DNA from: Octopus vulgaris
Lineage: Eukaryota
Reading direction: 5' to 3'
Assembly: GCA_951406725.2 (NCBI GenBank)
Contig: OX597814.1
Location: 176,328,001 to 176,392,000 of the forward strand
Length of the DNA: 64,000 nucleotides
In this document: in pieces, positions 1 to 15,873 of the stretch
Layout: each line of letters starts with the position of its first letter
Position numbering within the stretch: the first letter of the stretch is position 1
The notes under the pieces: generated by a model
Seen by the model: only the letters and a program-made list of their open reading frames with translations
Databases searched by the model: none
Told to the model about the DNA's origin: nothing
Position numbers and translations under genes: made by a program

Positions 1-1317
1 AAGCAACTGGAAGGCACCTGGGCATGACAAGATCCCCAACTTCTGGTTGAAATATCTAACAGGAATGCACAAAAAGCTGGCTGAAAACTTTAACAACGTA
101 CTAGCAGAGCCAGAGACAATGCCTGAATGGCTCACGAAGGGGAAAACCATCTTAATTCCCAAATCAAATGAAACAGAAAAACCAGAAAACTACAGACCAA
201 TAACCTGCCTCCCTACTATGTTCAAGGCATTTACTGCAGTGATATCACAAAGGCTGAACAAGCACCTGGACGAAAACAAACTGTTCCCAGAAGAGCAGAA
301 AGGATGCCGCAAAGGCTCATATGGCTGTAAAGATCAGCTAATGATTAATAAAGCCGTAACTGAAGACAGCCACAGAAAGAAGAAAGGTCTCAGTATGGCC
401 TGGATTGACTACAAAAAGGCGTTTGATAGCATCCCCCACACATGGATCCTCGAAACACTAGCCATTAACAAAGTAGCACCAACAATCATAAAATTCATAG
501 AGCACTCTATGAATAAATGGCAAACAGTCCTACACCTCCAAACAAAAGAGGGACTCATGAAAACCAAAGACATCCCCAAAGACATCCCCATATTCCAGGG
601 AGATACGCTCTCTCCACTCCTTTTCTGCTTGGCACTGTCACCTCTATCTGATATGCTAAATAGAACTGGATGCGGATATAAATGTTACGGCAAAACGATC
701 AGCCACCTTTTATATATGGATGACCTAAAACTATACGCTGCAAATGACAAACAGCTGGAAACACTATTAAAGACAGTTCATGGATTTACCAAAGAAATAG
801 ATATGAAATTTGGATTAGAAAAATGCGCCAAAGTAACCATGAAAAGAGGAAAACTAGTTAAGAGTAACAACATCACACTAGATGAAGCAAATGAAATAAA
901 AGAATTAGACCAAAGCCAAACTTACAAATACTTAGGAATCCATGAACTAGATAAGACACAACACACACAAATGAAAGAGAAAATAAAAAAAGAATATTAT
1001 AGACGAGTTAGATCAATACTAAACACAGAGCTCAATGCTAAAAACAAGATAATAGGTATCAACACTTTAGCTGTCCCAGTTATAAGTTACAGCTACAATA
1101 TCCTTAACTGGACACGAAATGAACTGACCAAAATAGACAGGAAAACAAGAAAAATAATGACAGGATCTAGGATGCACCACCCAAAATCTGACATAGAAAG
1201 ACTATATATACAACGTATAGAAGGTGGTAGAGGCCTTATACAGCTGGAAAACTACTATAAAATAACCACCATAGGACTGCAAAAATATCTACTTCAGAAG
1301 GAAGGAAAACTGATCCA
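1..1317 (+). mobile_element. Non-LTR retrotransposon (R4/Dong-like clade) reverse transcriptase ORF, open at the window start and cut by the assembly gap
   Basis: Stop-free frame from base 2 (SNWKAPGHDKIPNFWLK...) with RT motifs NYRPITCL, QKGCRKGSYGCKDQL, WIDYKKAFDSIPH, IFQGDTLSPLLF, LYMDDLKLY, FGLEKC, YKYLG and RLYIQRIEGGRGL, the pattern typical of R4/Dong elements. Confidence 0.92.
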
Positions 1318-1417
1318 NNNNNNNNNNNNNNNNNNNNNNNNNNNNNNNNNNNNNNNNNNNNNNNNNNNNNNNNNNNNNNNNNNNNNNNNNNNNNNNNNNN
1401 NNNNNNNNNNNNNNNNN
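1318..1417. other. Assembly gap (100 N)
   Basis: Run of N directly interrupting the LINE ORF. Confidence 1.
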
Positions 1418-2098
1418 TGACATTTTAGCGTTAAGTAGACACGTTATAAACTAGATTTGCCGTCACATGTCTCAGTTGCATCTATTAATCGGCACACGAG
1501 CTACATACATTACAGTTGTCAATCAAATCTTTACTGCGATGCCACGAACAGCAATATGGTATAAATAGACTCATCAAAACACTTGATAAATTAATTTATT
1601 TGCTGTTTTGTTATGTCAGTGTCTAGCGTATTCAGTCAGATGAGATGTATAAATATTTGTTCAATTAAGAACTCGTTAAACTGCGAACAATTTCATCTAT
1701 TTATGAGTTATTTGATTTGTTATCTTTTCCTTACAACTATTGCAACCAATTATTTCTTCCTATTGTGAGACAAGTTGTCTACCATGATCCCCCTTTTATT
1801 TTTATATTTTTTTATTTTTATTTTATTCGATTTTTTTGTTGCTTTTTTTTTTACATTTTATTAACGTCTGCAAATGTTCGTGAGACAGTTATCGCTTAAC
1901 TGATTTTGCAGCACGTTTGATTTTTTTTTTTTTCAGTAATGCTTTATAGTAATTTTTTCTTTCTTCTAACATCCGTATTTGTATTATTAAAGCCAGTAGA
2001 AGAGAACTGGAGTTGGTTTGTGTAACAAACATAAAAGGTATATGATATATTACGTCTTTGGTACACAACAAAGTATTTTGTTTTCATATGGGGTATCT

Positions 2099-2362
2099 GT
2101 GGAGGTACATGGCCTAGTGGTTAGAGCAGCGGACTCGCAGTCGAGGGATCGCGGGTTCGAATCTCAGACCGTGCGATGTGTGTGTTTATGAGCGAAACAC
2201 CTAAGCTCCACTCTTTCGCCACAACTTTCTCTCACTCTTTCCTCTTGCAGCTCTTCTGCGACGAACCAGCGTCCCGTCCAGGTGGGAAACCTATACGCCA
2301 AAGAATCCGGCAAACCGGCCTCATGAGCCAGGTGTGACTCGAGAGGGAACAAACAACAACAA
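2099..2362 (+). mobile_element. tRNA-derived SINE, group B (head type 1, tail type 1)
   Basis: A box TGGCCTAGTGG and B box GGTTCGAATCT; head shared with 4261 and 59492 copies; tail GTCCCGTCCAGGTGGG...GAGCC ends in (CAA)n. Confidence 0.8.
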
Positions 2363-2774
2363 TAGTGTATCTAAGAGTGGTAGGTGGTTGTCAGTTTAAT
2401 GGAACCTATCTCTTCCTAAAGTTACATAAATGGAAAGAATTGAACCTTTCGCTAATAATCAAGTGAAAACATTCGCCAAATTTAAAATTCCCTTTTTTTT
2501 TTTTTCCTTCTCTAATACAGTGCTCTATACTTTAACAACCGTTTGGTGCTGTACTGCAAAACTGCCTAAATTTACAGCTGTAATAGCATATTAAATTTTC
2601 CTACAAGTAGAAGTTAATGCTTCGATAGTGTATTTATGATCATCGCAAAAATAAAAGATAAGGTTGAACTCAGCAAGATTTGAACTTATAGTTCAGGAAT
2701 AAATACCGCAACTTTCTAATGACTTCCAATTAGTCGCTTTGGTAGTCTTTTTTTTTTTAATTAATTACAGCTGT

Positions 2775-3560
2775 AAGGTGGCGAGCTGGCAGAATCCTTT
2801 GCATATTAGCCATAATGCTTAGCGGCATTTCTTCCGGCTTTTTACGTTCTGAGTTGAAATACGCAGAGGCCAACTTTACTTTCTATCCTTTCGAGGTCAT
2901 TGAAATAGAGCGCCAGTTAAATATTTGGTTCGATATAGTCGACTAATCCCGACCCTAAAATTGCTGGCCCGGTGCCCAAATTTGAAACCTTCTGTGTACA
3001 AATTCCACTGAGGTCGACTTTGCCTTTCATCTTTCTAGGGTCGATAAAATAAAGTACCGCTCAAATACTGGGGTTAATGTAATCAACTAATCCTTCTCCT
3101 AAAAAGATTACTAGCCTCCTTTGAAAATTTCACACAATTTTTACAGCTGTCGTTTAGTTTCTCCTATAAATTTCAATTGTCAAGGAACTAAGTCTACCAT
3201 CTGTTTCCAATTCACAATCATTTCTCTTGTGTAACATAGTGTACTAAGATAACGCATTATACTTTATAATCCTAAAACGTTGTACTTAACACACTGTTTA
3301 TGTATCTTATCTTACTGCCGTCATCGAAGATTTAACTGTAAATATAACTTCCTAAAATACAAACAAACTTTGAGCAGATCTCAATTAATTAAATCGACTA
3401 TCAACAATATTCAAATTGACAGAAGCATTATCAGTCGGATAAAATGGCAAGCGACATTTTTTCTGACTCTCCTCCCGGAGTTCAAATCCCGTTGAGGTCA
3501 ACTATTTTTGTCATCTTTTCGGGGTCGATAGAAAAGTACCCATAGAGGTCAGTGGATTGA
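2775..3560 (+). mobile_element. Degenerate group A SINE copies
   Basis: AAGGTGGCGAGCTGGCAGAATC head and GAGGTCGACTTTGCCTTTCATC...GTCGATAAAATAAAGTACC core, several partial copies. Confidence 0.75.
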
Positions 3561-4260
3561 TATTTTGATATGTGATGGAAAATAACGCCCATTACATGCG
3601 GACGTTCAGTGCAACTTTCTGTACTGCGCTGTCCACCTGATAGGCTGTGGTCTATGGCTTTCTTGTTAACACTTAATCAGTTTTCCACAACCATTTCTTT
3701 CCTATATAGTTTATGCAACAAGAAACTATATAGTTATGCTCTAGTTATTCTCAACAAGTTAGCTCAACCGGCAATACATAGCTCCAAATTTTTATCACAC
3801 AACAGCCTACAGTCTAGAGATGGAAAACAACATTGAATAATGAAGTTCCACATACCATTAAAAAGACAGGACGGTCAGGGTTGGCATGCCTTTCAACATA
3901 CGTCAGCTCAGTCAGGAATAAACTGGGGCTAAAACAACAACCATATCGTTGAAGAGTAAATGGGGAGACCTGTACGGTGTCGCTGGATATGCAAGAAAAA
4001 GCAGCTAAATTTCCTTCGAATTACACTCTACTGTATTAAAAAAATGAAGGACACATTTGATGATATAGTCCTAGATACACACTGTCTAGAAATAAGAAGA
4101 GAAAGTTACTTTTGGAGCTCTTTGGTTATAAGTCTGCTTACACTGAGCTGACCTGACGTTTATAAAAAGCAACAAAAAATAACAAAATAAACAACAAGGA
4201 AATTCTCATCCAATAGGGATGCAGTCTGAAAACGAAAGGATTAACTTTGATCGTAAGTTT

Positions 4261-4571
4261 GCGGGATGCGCAATGGCCCAGTGGTTAGAGCAACAGACTC
4301 GCGGTCGTAGGATCGCAGTTTCGATTTCCAGACCGAGCGTTGTGAGTGTTTATTGAACGAAAATACCTAAAGCTCTAAGAGACTCCGGCAGTGCGTGGTG
4401 GCGATCCCTGCTGCACTCTTTCGCCACAACTTTCTCTCACTCTTTCTTCTGTTGGCCTGCTCGCTTAGCCAGCGGGGTGGCGTCATTTGACGGCTAAAAC
4501 AATGTGAAGCGCATTGTGACCAGCGATGTGTAGCAACATCTGATAGCCTGGTCGGTGACGGTGACGGTGAC
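4261..4571 (+). mobile_element. tRNA-derived SINE, group B (head type 1, tail type 3)
   Basis: TGGCCCAGTGG A box, GTTTCGATTTC B box; tail AATGTGAAGCGCATTGTGACC ending in (GGTGAC)n. Confidence 0.8.
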
Positions 4572-5149
4572 GTAAGTTTGCACAATGTCTGAAAGAAATG
4601 AAACGTCACGAGCAGATCGCTTCTGATGATACGTCTACTCTACGAGAACTGACTAGGGGCTTTCAAAAATACTGTAACAACAAGAAAGAAGGAAAGGCTA
4701 ATTCTGTAATGTTGTCCTAAGTGCCCTAGGCGCCCCCAAAAAAACGGAAGTCATGACTAAACCCCAACTTGATCAGCATACTCGAATCTTGAGACATTCA
4801 ATCTTAGAGCAAGCTCAGTTCTAGTATACTTTCTATGCGTTTTAATTTAACTCCACCACTGTTAAATCGAGAAAACTTCTCCGTGTTTATACAATTCTGA
4901 GAATAAGGACACCTTATCCTACTCGTTCACATCGATTTCAAGAAATTTATCTCTAGTTTAATTCATAAATCGGGAGTTTCGAATGGAATGAAAAATAAGG
5001 TAGTCCTTTGATGGATACCTCTTTTTTTTTTTTTTTTTGTTTAAATGTACACTGTATTTATATGAATAATATATAGTCTATTGACTAAATTTTTTTACAC
5101 GCTAGGCCACTGGTAATGCAAATTTCTAATATTTTAGATTACCCTTTGA

Positions 5150-6160
<1,011 letters not shown>

Positions 6161-6164
6161 CTGA

Positions 6165-6940
6165 TGTTTGTGTTTGTACACAAAACATTGTGCACAATGC
6201 TTTAAGAATTTGAATGTGTTTATACAGATATATGTGAAAGACCCAAACCAGAGAAGAAATCAATTCACATCAAAAGCTCAGTATGGAAAACCGACAAGTT
6301 TCTGGCATCCTACATTGGAGGCTACCACCATGCAATTTAAGAGCCAAAGGTCTCCAAGTACCTATTGTATAAAAAGCAACAAACTTTGACAAACACCACA
6401 TGTAAGCTGTGCAAATCTAAAACTAAAGACATTATCCACATTATTGTCAGCAGCGAATTTCTTCTGTAAACTATGTTTCCAAGAGGCATGACATAGTGGC
6501 TAGAACAAGAACAATCTGGAACTTGTATGAGAAAATAAAATGCTATCAAATAAAGTTGACTTTATTGAGACCGATGGATCAAAAGAATATTGGTGCAACT
6601 TAAAAATTAAAGCAACCACCAAGTTAAAACAAAACCGACCAGATATTAATGTGTGGGACCACAAGAAAAAACATGCTCTGCTGTGGAAAGCAGCTATCTT
6701 CCGGACACCAGTGTGGTCAGAAAAATTCAGGCGAATGAGAACGCCATTTATAAGGAGCTTGGAAAACCGGTAGCTAAGACATACTTTCAGCTTCATACAT
6801 ACAAACAAGATGTCTACGAAACCGCCTAAAGAAAAGTATGGCTGAAGTTGAGTATGGCAGAGAATGCAACTCATTAATTCATACGCTACAAATAATCACA
6901 TCTGGGACTATAAAAATCTGCAAAACCGTCTTAAGATTTA
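6165..6940 (+). pseudogene. Degenerate C-terminal part of an R4-type (restriction-like endonuclease) LINE
   Basis: Frameshifted pieces CKLCKSKTKDIIHII (zinc knuckle start), RHDIVA, NLKIKATTKLKQNRPDINVWD (RPD endonuclease motif) and LQIITSGTIKICKTVLRF; lies between (GATA)n and (TATG)n. Confidence 0.75.
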
Positions 6941-7028
6941 AGTATGTATGTATGTATGTATGTATGTATGTATGTATGTATGTATGTATGTATGTATGTA
7001 TGTATGTATCTATCTATCTATCTATCTA

Positions 7029-7104
<76 letters not shown>

Positions 7105-7824
7105 ATCCTGAAGTAAAATTTCTATCGATGCAAGAAATATTTCTCTGAGTAAAATGTTGAGAAAAGGCTCAATGAGCTGAACAAAAATTTCTATCTAACT
7201 CAGAGAATTGCTACGTTAAATGTCTCACGCTCACATGTAATTAACGCACTACAAGCTTATTTTTATGCATATGATTACGTACTCGTAGACAAACATTAAT
7301 ATATCATACCCAATGCATGTACGTTTCTAGCAAGATAATCGCAATGACAAAGAATTTTATCGCCTTCATCAAGGCTATGCATTAACAAATATTCAACCCA
7401 GAAAATAGAGTTCAAAATATACAGAGTCAGACAGAACCGAAGAGGCTTATTCAGTTACTGTCAGTCTGAGCTGTTTTTTTTCTTTTCTTTTTTTTTTTTT
7501 TCGTTTTTAGTTTAAATACCGTTATCATTAACTTCGTCTTTCATCCCTTCCATGACGATAAAATAAAGTACCAGTGAAGCACTGAGATCGATGAAGTCGG
7601 CCAATGCCCTTCTCTCAAAAATTGAGATGTGCTGACAAAATCGTTAGAGCGTCGTAAAAATTGCTCTGCGGTGTTTCTTCCGGCTCTTCTGACTTCAAAT
7701 TTCGCCGAGGTCATATTTGCCTTTCATCCTTTCAGGGTCGATAAAATAACTATCAGTTGAACTCTGAAATCGATGTAATCCATTACACCCTTAACTGAAA
7801 TTGTTGGTCTTGTGCCAAAATTTT

Positions 7825-7934
<110 letters not shown>

Positions 7935-7952
7935 TCTATTACTATTATCATT

Positions 7953-8590
7953 AAAGGTGGCCAGCTGGCAGAATCGTTAGCACGCCGAGCGAAATGCTTA
8001 GCGGTATTTCGTCTGCCCTTACGTTCTGAGTTCAAATTCCACCATGGTCGACTTTGCCTTTCATCCTTTCGGGGTTGATAAATTAAGTACCAGTTACGCA
8101 CTGGGGTCGATGTAATCGACTTAATCCGTTTATTTGCCCTTGTTTGTTCCCTCTGTGTTTAGCCCCTTGTAGTTAGTAAAGAAATAGGTATTTCATCTGC
8201 CACTATGTTCTGAGTTCAAATTCTGCCGAGGCCAACCTTGCCCTTCACCCTTTCGGAATCGATAAATTAAGTACCAGTTGAACACAGGGATCGATATAAT
8301 CGACACGTCTCCTCCCTAAAATGGCTGCGCTTGTGGTAAAATTTAAGACCTTTATTATTATTATTATTATTATTAAAGACGGGGAGCTGGCAGAATCATT
8401 GGCACGCTGGAAGAGATGCTTAACGGTATTTCGCTTGCCGCTACGTTCTGAGTTCAAATTGCCCCGAGGTTGACTTTGCCTTTCATCCTTTCGATAAATT
8501 AAGTACCGGTTGCGTACTAAGGTCGATCTAATCGACTGACCCCCACCCCCAAAGATTTCAAGCCTTGTGCCTACAGTAGAAAGGATTATC
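7953..8590 (+). mobile_element. Group A SINE tandem cluster flanked by (ATT)n
   Basis: Three copies of GTTCTGAGTTCAAATT...CTTTGCCTTTCATCCTTTCG...GATAAATTAAGTACC. Confidence 0.9.
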
Positions 8591-8629
8591 ATTGTTTTTT
8601 TATACTTTCAATCGTCATGAGTGTTACAA

Positions 8630-9060
8630 TTTCTTATTGCTCTAGCTTGATCCCATAGTCTCTGTTCCGTGATTTGAAACAACCCCTTTTCTCTCCAATG
8701 ATCATACATACGTTGTCAGTAACCCCTAATTTGAGCACCATTTTCATCTACCGGGTTGATCAGGTAGTAACACTCCATGACCATAGCATTAATTTGGTTG
8801 CTCCATCTACGTCGTGTATGGTGGTACCTTTCTGAATATCGACAGGCTGGAGCCGGACCAGAATCTCTGAGCCTACCGGGTGTAACACTGTCACCATCAA
8901 TTGGTTTCAGTTTCATTACCACCGTTATTCATAATATTTTGTTGTTTCATTGTCACTCATATGAGGTAGCGATTATCAGGTTGCGCAATTACCAGTGTTT
9001 TTATTGTGACACCATCACTAGATGTATCATTAATCAGCCCATGGGGAGGCTCCACCTGTT
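8630..9060 (-). pseudogene. N-terminal fragment of an R4/Dong-like LINE ORF
   Basis: RRRWSNQINAMVMECYYL...IRGY*QRMYDHWREKGLFQITEQRLWDQARAIRN resembles the R4/Dong N-terminal motif; the stop is a likely CGA>TGA change; (TAA)n lies upstream on this strand. Confidence 0.7.
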
Positions 9061-9092
9061 TCCTTTCATTATAATTATCATTATTATTATTA

Positions 9093-9167
<75 letters not shown>

Positions 9168-9199
9168 CTGATATCACTGATATTATTGCTTTCATTTGT

Positions 9200-9395
9200 A
9201 GGCGGCGAGCTGGCAGAATCGTTAGCACGCCGGGCGAAATGCTTTGTATCTCGTCCGCCGCTGCGTTCTGAGTTCAAATTCCGCCGAGGTCGACTTTGCT
9301 CTTCATCCTTCGGGATCGATAAAAGCAGTACCAGTTGATGTAATCAGCTTAACGCCTCCCCCGAAATTGCTGGCTTTGTGCCAAAATTTGAAACC
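9200..9395 (+). mobile_element. Group A SINE
   Basis: AGGCGGCGAGCTGGCAGAATCGTTAGCACGCCGGGCG head, core, and tail CTTTGTGCCAAAATTTGAAACC followed by (ATT)n. Confidence 0.9.
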
Positions 9396-10103
9396 ATTAT
9401 TATTGTTATTATTGTTGTGAAGAAATCGTCATAATCAATAACTTTAGTGTTTGTATAGAAACGAGATTATAGTTGCGTGCCGTATGTAAGAAATATGTTT
9501 GAATGTGAGAATACGCTTGTATCTGAGAATGAAAATTGATATTCGTGTGTGTGTACGTGTGTGTGTATAACGACGTATGTATGTATGCTCATAAACGAAT
9601 GTCATTCTTCCTTTTCTGTATTTATTCGATTCGCCTCTGTCTGACATTAGTCGGCACTCTAATGGATATTATATTTCTTTTATCTTTTCCAATTTGTTAT
9701 ACGTATAATAATGTCACTTTGATAAATTCCAATGTTTTCAACATCTGAAATAGCAACTAATTAGTAAAGAATATTAGAGGATAGCGAACATTATTTTCTG
9801 GTCGAATAAACAAAGGTGAAAAATCTTAACGTTTATTTCTTCTTAGCTGTCCAAAGCGGAAATATTGCTTTCGCCATTGCTTGCGTGTTGTAACTAGCTC
9901 ACTACGTAAATATGTGTATAAAGCAACAATGACTATTGCTGGGGAAAAGCGATTAATTTATAATTTAATTATAAATAGGCGCTGACCGTATATTTGTGTG
10001 TAATACAATGATATGTTTCATTATTTCCAATGTTTTCAACATCAAAAATTGCACCGTTATTGCTTACAGCTTGCTCTACCAGACAATGATGTAAGCTAAT
10101 CTA

Positions 10104-10178
<75 letters not shown>

Positions 10179-10287
10179 CCATATTCAACATACTGTTATT
10201 TCTGATGTTACTGGCAACAATATCACACAGCCTTTCAATGCATAGTACCACTTTATTATACTTATATATGTATATATACATACACAC

Positions 10288-10336
<49 letters not shown>

Positions 10337-10367
10337 CGACGACGACGACGACGACGATGATGGTGAT

Positions 10368-10612
10368 AATCCTTTCTACTATAGGCACAAGGTCTGACAT
10401 TTGGAGGAGAGGACAAGTCGATTACATTGACCCCAGTGTTTTCACTGGTACTTAATTCATCGACCCCGAAAGAATGAAAGGCAAAATCGACCTCGGTGGA
10501 ATTTGAACTCAGAACGTGATGCCAGACGAAATGCCGCTTAGCGTGCTAATGATACTGCCAGCTCGCCACTTTAATAATAATAATATTAATAATAATAATA
10601 ATAATAATAATA

Positions 10613-10644
<32 letters not shown>

Positions 10645-10860
10645 CCTTTCTACTCTAAGCGCAAGGCCTGAAATTTTGGCGGGGGAGGGGCTACGTCGAT
10701 TACATCGAGGCTCGTGCTCGGCTGGTGATTATTTTTATCGACCAGGAAGGACTAAAGGCAAAGTCGACCTCAGCGGAATTTGAAGTCATAACGTAAAAAC
10801 GAACGAAATGTCGCTAAGCATCTTGCCCGACGTACTAACGATTCTGCCAAGTTCGTCGTC
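10368..10860 (-). mobile_element. Two group A SINE copies within (GAT)/(TAA) repeats
   Basis: Reverse complement of the group A core, twice. Confidence 0.85.
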
Positions 10861-11339
<479 letters not shown>

Positions 11340-11402
11340 AATAATAATAATAATAATATGTGTGTGTGTGTGTGTATATATTATAGTAGAAAGGATTATT
11401 AT

Positions 11403-11690
11403 CATGACTACTCATCTGATAAGGGTACACCAGGCACATGCATCACAACCATATGTGCACGACATGGTGATTTCATATCAAGATAAACAGCACATGACCT
11501 TGCAGGTGGGGCCCGGTTAGAATTTTCTTTAGGTCGAGTAGCCCACCCCGCTCAAAAGGTCCCTGAATGAGGTTTGTTTAAGGATGATGAACGAAACCTG
11601 TACACGTTTCCACGCTTCCAGAGGTGATTTATCCAAAAGCCACCAAAATTCCTCTCAATACATGGCTATATATAACATGCCGATGCGGGA
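11403..11690 (-). repeat. Probable interspersed repeat fragment, possibly an RTE LINE 5' UTR
   Basis: GC-richer block resembling a recalled octopus repeat; no second copy in this window. Confidence 0.3.
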
Positions 11691-12799
11691 GGGGTCGGAA
11701 ACACATGCGTGGCTGGGTAGTTAAAATTTCGGAATCATACGGTTGCAGTTTCGATATGACGTTGTATCACATTGGGCAAGAAGTCTCCTACCACAACTTT
11801 GAACTTTAAGTCCACCCAAGCCATATGAGAGAAAATGGATTGAAACCGCACGTAATTCTCAGGGGTGGACTTTATCTCTAATTTAAAGACCCATTTTTAT
11901 CGCATTATTCGTCACGCTGATTTTGTTAAATGATTATATTAAGGGTACAGCTGTCTGTGGAATATTCAGCCATTACTATGGTTCAATTAGTAATTAGTTC
12001 CGTTGATTGAGTTAGCAATAAACTTGTATCCAGTTTTCATTCTCTGTATCGCTTCACTTACTTCCATAATGCCCCATCCTTAAAACGCAGAAGCTATGAC
12101 GGCACAAGATTAATTTTTGGAAAGGAAATGAGTTTATTTCTATTAAAGAAAATAATCTCGTCAGAATATTCGTCTTTCTAATACTGTAATATTATTCATA
12201 ATATTAGATAAATAAGAAGACCTTGTAGTTACGTTAATAATCAAAATTTCGTAGATAAAAGCAGTGGATTGACAAAATGTTAATTCACGGTAGATGCAAG
12301 CGAATCCCACGGAGATTGACGTTGCCTTTCATCATTTCGGGTTCGATAAATTAAAGTACCAATCAAGACCAAGTTGTCAAATCAATACAATTGACTGTTC
12401 CCAACCTCTAAATGTATGGCCTTGTTGGAACTAACAATAATATTTTGTTTGATAGAGAGAAAGAGAGAGACAGACAAAGACAGAGACAGATAGACGGAAA
12501 GACGAAGGGAGAGAGAGATTTGATTTGACTGAAGATGATTTTATATCACAAAATAATAGTTTTATTGTATTAGGCACTCAAGTGAAAAGCGCATAATTTT
12601 AGAGCTAGAAACAAAGAAAGTGGGAAACTTAAAAGCAAAACAAATTAACAGATGAAGTATTTGAAACAAGTCAGATAATGATTTGTTATTCTTAACATTA
12701 GTTCACTTCTAGAACAAATAACTTAATACGTATACTATTGTTCTTGGTTTTGGGAGATTGACTGTTGTCATTATTGTAGTTGTTTTTCTAGCAGCAGCT

Positions 12800-12847
<48 letters not shown>

Positions 12848-13174
12848 AGGAGCACTCCGTCGGTTACGACGACGAGAGTGTCCCAGCTGATACGATCAGC
12901 GGAACAGCATGCTCGTGAAATTAACGTGTAAGTGACTGAGCAATCCACAGACACGTGTACCCCTAACGTAGTTCTCAGGGAGATTCAGCGTGACACAGAG
13001 TGTGACAAGGCCGGCCCTTTGAAATACAGGTACAACTCATTTTTGCCAGCTGAGTTACCTGGAGTAACGTGAAATAAAGTGTCTTGCTCAAGGACACAAC
13101 GCGTCGCCGGGAATTGAACTCCCGACCTTACAATCGTGAGCCGAATGCCGCTAACCACTAAGCCACGCGCCTTC
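12848..13174 (-). mobile_element. tRNA-derived SINE, group B (head type 2, tail type 2) inside (GTA)n
   Basis: Minus strand GAAGGCGCGTGGCTTAGTGGTTAG...GAGTTCAATTCCC; closely similar to 42781 and 52834 copies. Confidence 0.9.
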
Positions 13175-13301
<127 letters not shown>

Positions 13302-14436
13302 GTGGTGGTGGTGGTGTTAGTGTTGTTGTTGTTGGTGGTGGTGGTTTGGGCCCTCTAGTCAGCTCTGATCTCGAAGACTTATGACCAAAAGTATTCTGTG
13401 ATTATCTCGTTCTTTGTAGGGTATTTTTGTTTCTTCCATACACTGCGTATATACGATCAGTATTATTCAACATGTGTTTCTTACGTTTAGAAGTGTGTAA
13501 TTTGAGTAAGACGTGTCTACTTTTCTTGCAAATGGAGGTGACAATATAGATGCTAGCTTATTAATCTTAAAGGTGTATTCCTCTAAACCTACCATTTATT
13601 AAGTTGGGCAAATAGAGAAGCTTATCTCTTTTATATTATCTTTCTAGAGTGCACTGTGACCTTTTTGGAAAGTTGCCTTATCTTGTTGTAAGATATTGAA
13701 CAAATTGTTCACAATTTGCTAATCTAAATAATGACGTACACTCTCTCAGTGCACTCGTCTCTTTTATTTAAATTGATTAATTCTACTTATCTAAATGTAC
13801 AAAGCAAGCAAACTTCCGTTTAATAGAATAGCATCTTATTTAAGTGAAGGATATCTGACTTACTTGCACTTAACGATAGAAAAATCGGAACTAAGAACTG
13901 GTCTTTCACTTTACTGATCCTACCAATTAGATCTATCTTTGTGAACTTGATGTTTTCGAGCGAATTGTTCGATATCGCTGCTAAATCTTCACCTCTACTC
14001 CACTCAAAAAAGTCAAAGAGCAAAACAGAACAAAGCATTCTACTATCTTTAAAATGGTAATTACATATTTGAAATCCTAGTTATTACAAATAAATTCACT
14101 GAAGTAAAGAAAATGAAATTAATTATATGGTCACGTATAGAGTAACAAGGTGTCGTTCAATTTGCCACACCGAACATCATATAACTTATAGCTTAGGGAC
14201 TTCCTTCACAGTTTCTACTACCCCGTAGTCAAGAAACTGTCCATGCAGAGCTGAGTGAAAATTTACTAACAGCGAAAAGTCTGTTGTTATACACACATAT
14301 ACACACTTATACATCCATCCAGCTAGCCATCCATCCATCCATCCATCCATCCAGCTATCTATCTATCGATCTATCTATCTATTTATCTATCTATCTGTCT
14401 ATCTGTCTGTCTGTCTGTCTATCTATCTATTTATCT

Positions 14437-15095
14437 AACTTGTCTAGCACTTTCAGAATTGTTCCTTCAACCAAGATAGCTGGTTCCACATATGGATTTC
14501 CTGGTGCAGACTGGAATATTACAACAGTCTTGTCCAGGCTAATGCTGAGTCCAAATGCCTTGCAAGAAGCAGAAATACGATTCATAAGTATTTGCATGTC
14601 ATCCACTGTATGAGTGACTAAGTCACAGTCATCTGCATAAAGGAGGTCACGAATAAGAGACTGGAAAACTTTTGAATTGGCAGCAAATCGACGCAGATTA
14701 AAGAGACGGACAGAAGATCAATACTTGACATATATTCCCAGAGAGGTAACTTTAGCAAAAGCATGACTAAAAGCAGCAGCAAAGTACAAAGAAAAGAGAG
14801 TTGAGGCAAAGATGTCACCCTGCTTGATACCATTCTCTACAGGAATGGGTCCCGCCATGCCACCACCAACATTTCATCCCGTCAGGAAATGATTTAATTA
14901 TAGATACAAAGTGATCCGGATATCCAAGTTTGACAAGTATTTTCCATAGCAAGACCCTATTTACAGTATCAAAGGCCTTCATTAAATCTATGAATACCTG
15001 AACAAGATCCATATTCTGCTCATAGCACGTCTCCTACACCTGTCTTGGTGTGAAAATCATATCCATTGTCCCTCTGCCAGATCGGAGGCCACATT
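14437..15095 (-). pseudogene. RTE-clade LINE reverse transcriptase fragment
   Basis: CGLRSGRGTMDMIFTPRQV*, VFIDLMKAFDTVNR, LGYPDHFV, GIKQGD, LFNLRR, DLLYADDCDL and FGLSISLDKT across stops and a frameshift. Confidence 0.88.
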
Positions 15096-15873
15096 TAACG
15101 GGATAATAATGTCCTTGTAAATCGTTCTGCTCAAGATACACAATACTTGTAATTACACATGCAACTCTAGTCTTTACACAGCTCACCGACTCTCCCCATA
15201 CTCTCTGCGCATGTCCATTTATATTGTGACAAAATCCATTAGGTGCCAACCAAATAGGGGTGTTATACTTCCACACAACACCAATCCATCACCAGAACTG
15301 TAAAAATCTGTAAAACTTTTCCAGAAGTTTATCATTTAAATATATATGAGCATGTCTAGATATGCAACTATATGCATGAGAATACATACATAAAGTAAAA
15401 CATACAAATCTGCAGATATACATACATACATACATACATACATACATACATACATACATACATACATACCTTGTTGTTGATGTTGAAATTCCAATGAAGG
15501 AGCCTTGGATCTAGGTTAGAAACTGACTCTTCCTCTATTGGCAAGTAATCTTGAAATAAAACCGAACAATGTCATACATACACACATACATACATACATA
15601 CATACATACATACATACATACATACATACATACATACATACATGCATGCATGCATGCATGCATACATACATACATACATACATACATACATACATACATA
15701 CATACATACATACATACATACATACATACATACATACATACATACATACTATCTCCCTCACATTTTCAAAACCAATCTTCCTTAACTGTGATGGAGTAAA
15801 ATTCATTATGTAATACCGTGTGTAACTCATATCTAAATCATTGGCGATTAACTTGTAAGCTGTCAGACATATA

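Noticed and set aside
2099-2175. tRNA gene
   Set aside because: A and B boxes are present but no clean cloverleaf, and the sequence continues into a repeated SINE body; the same applies to the other SINE heads
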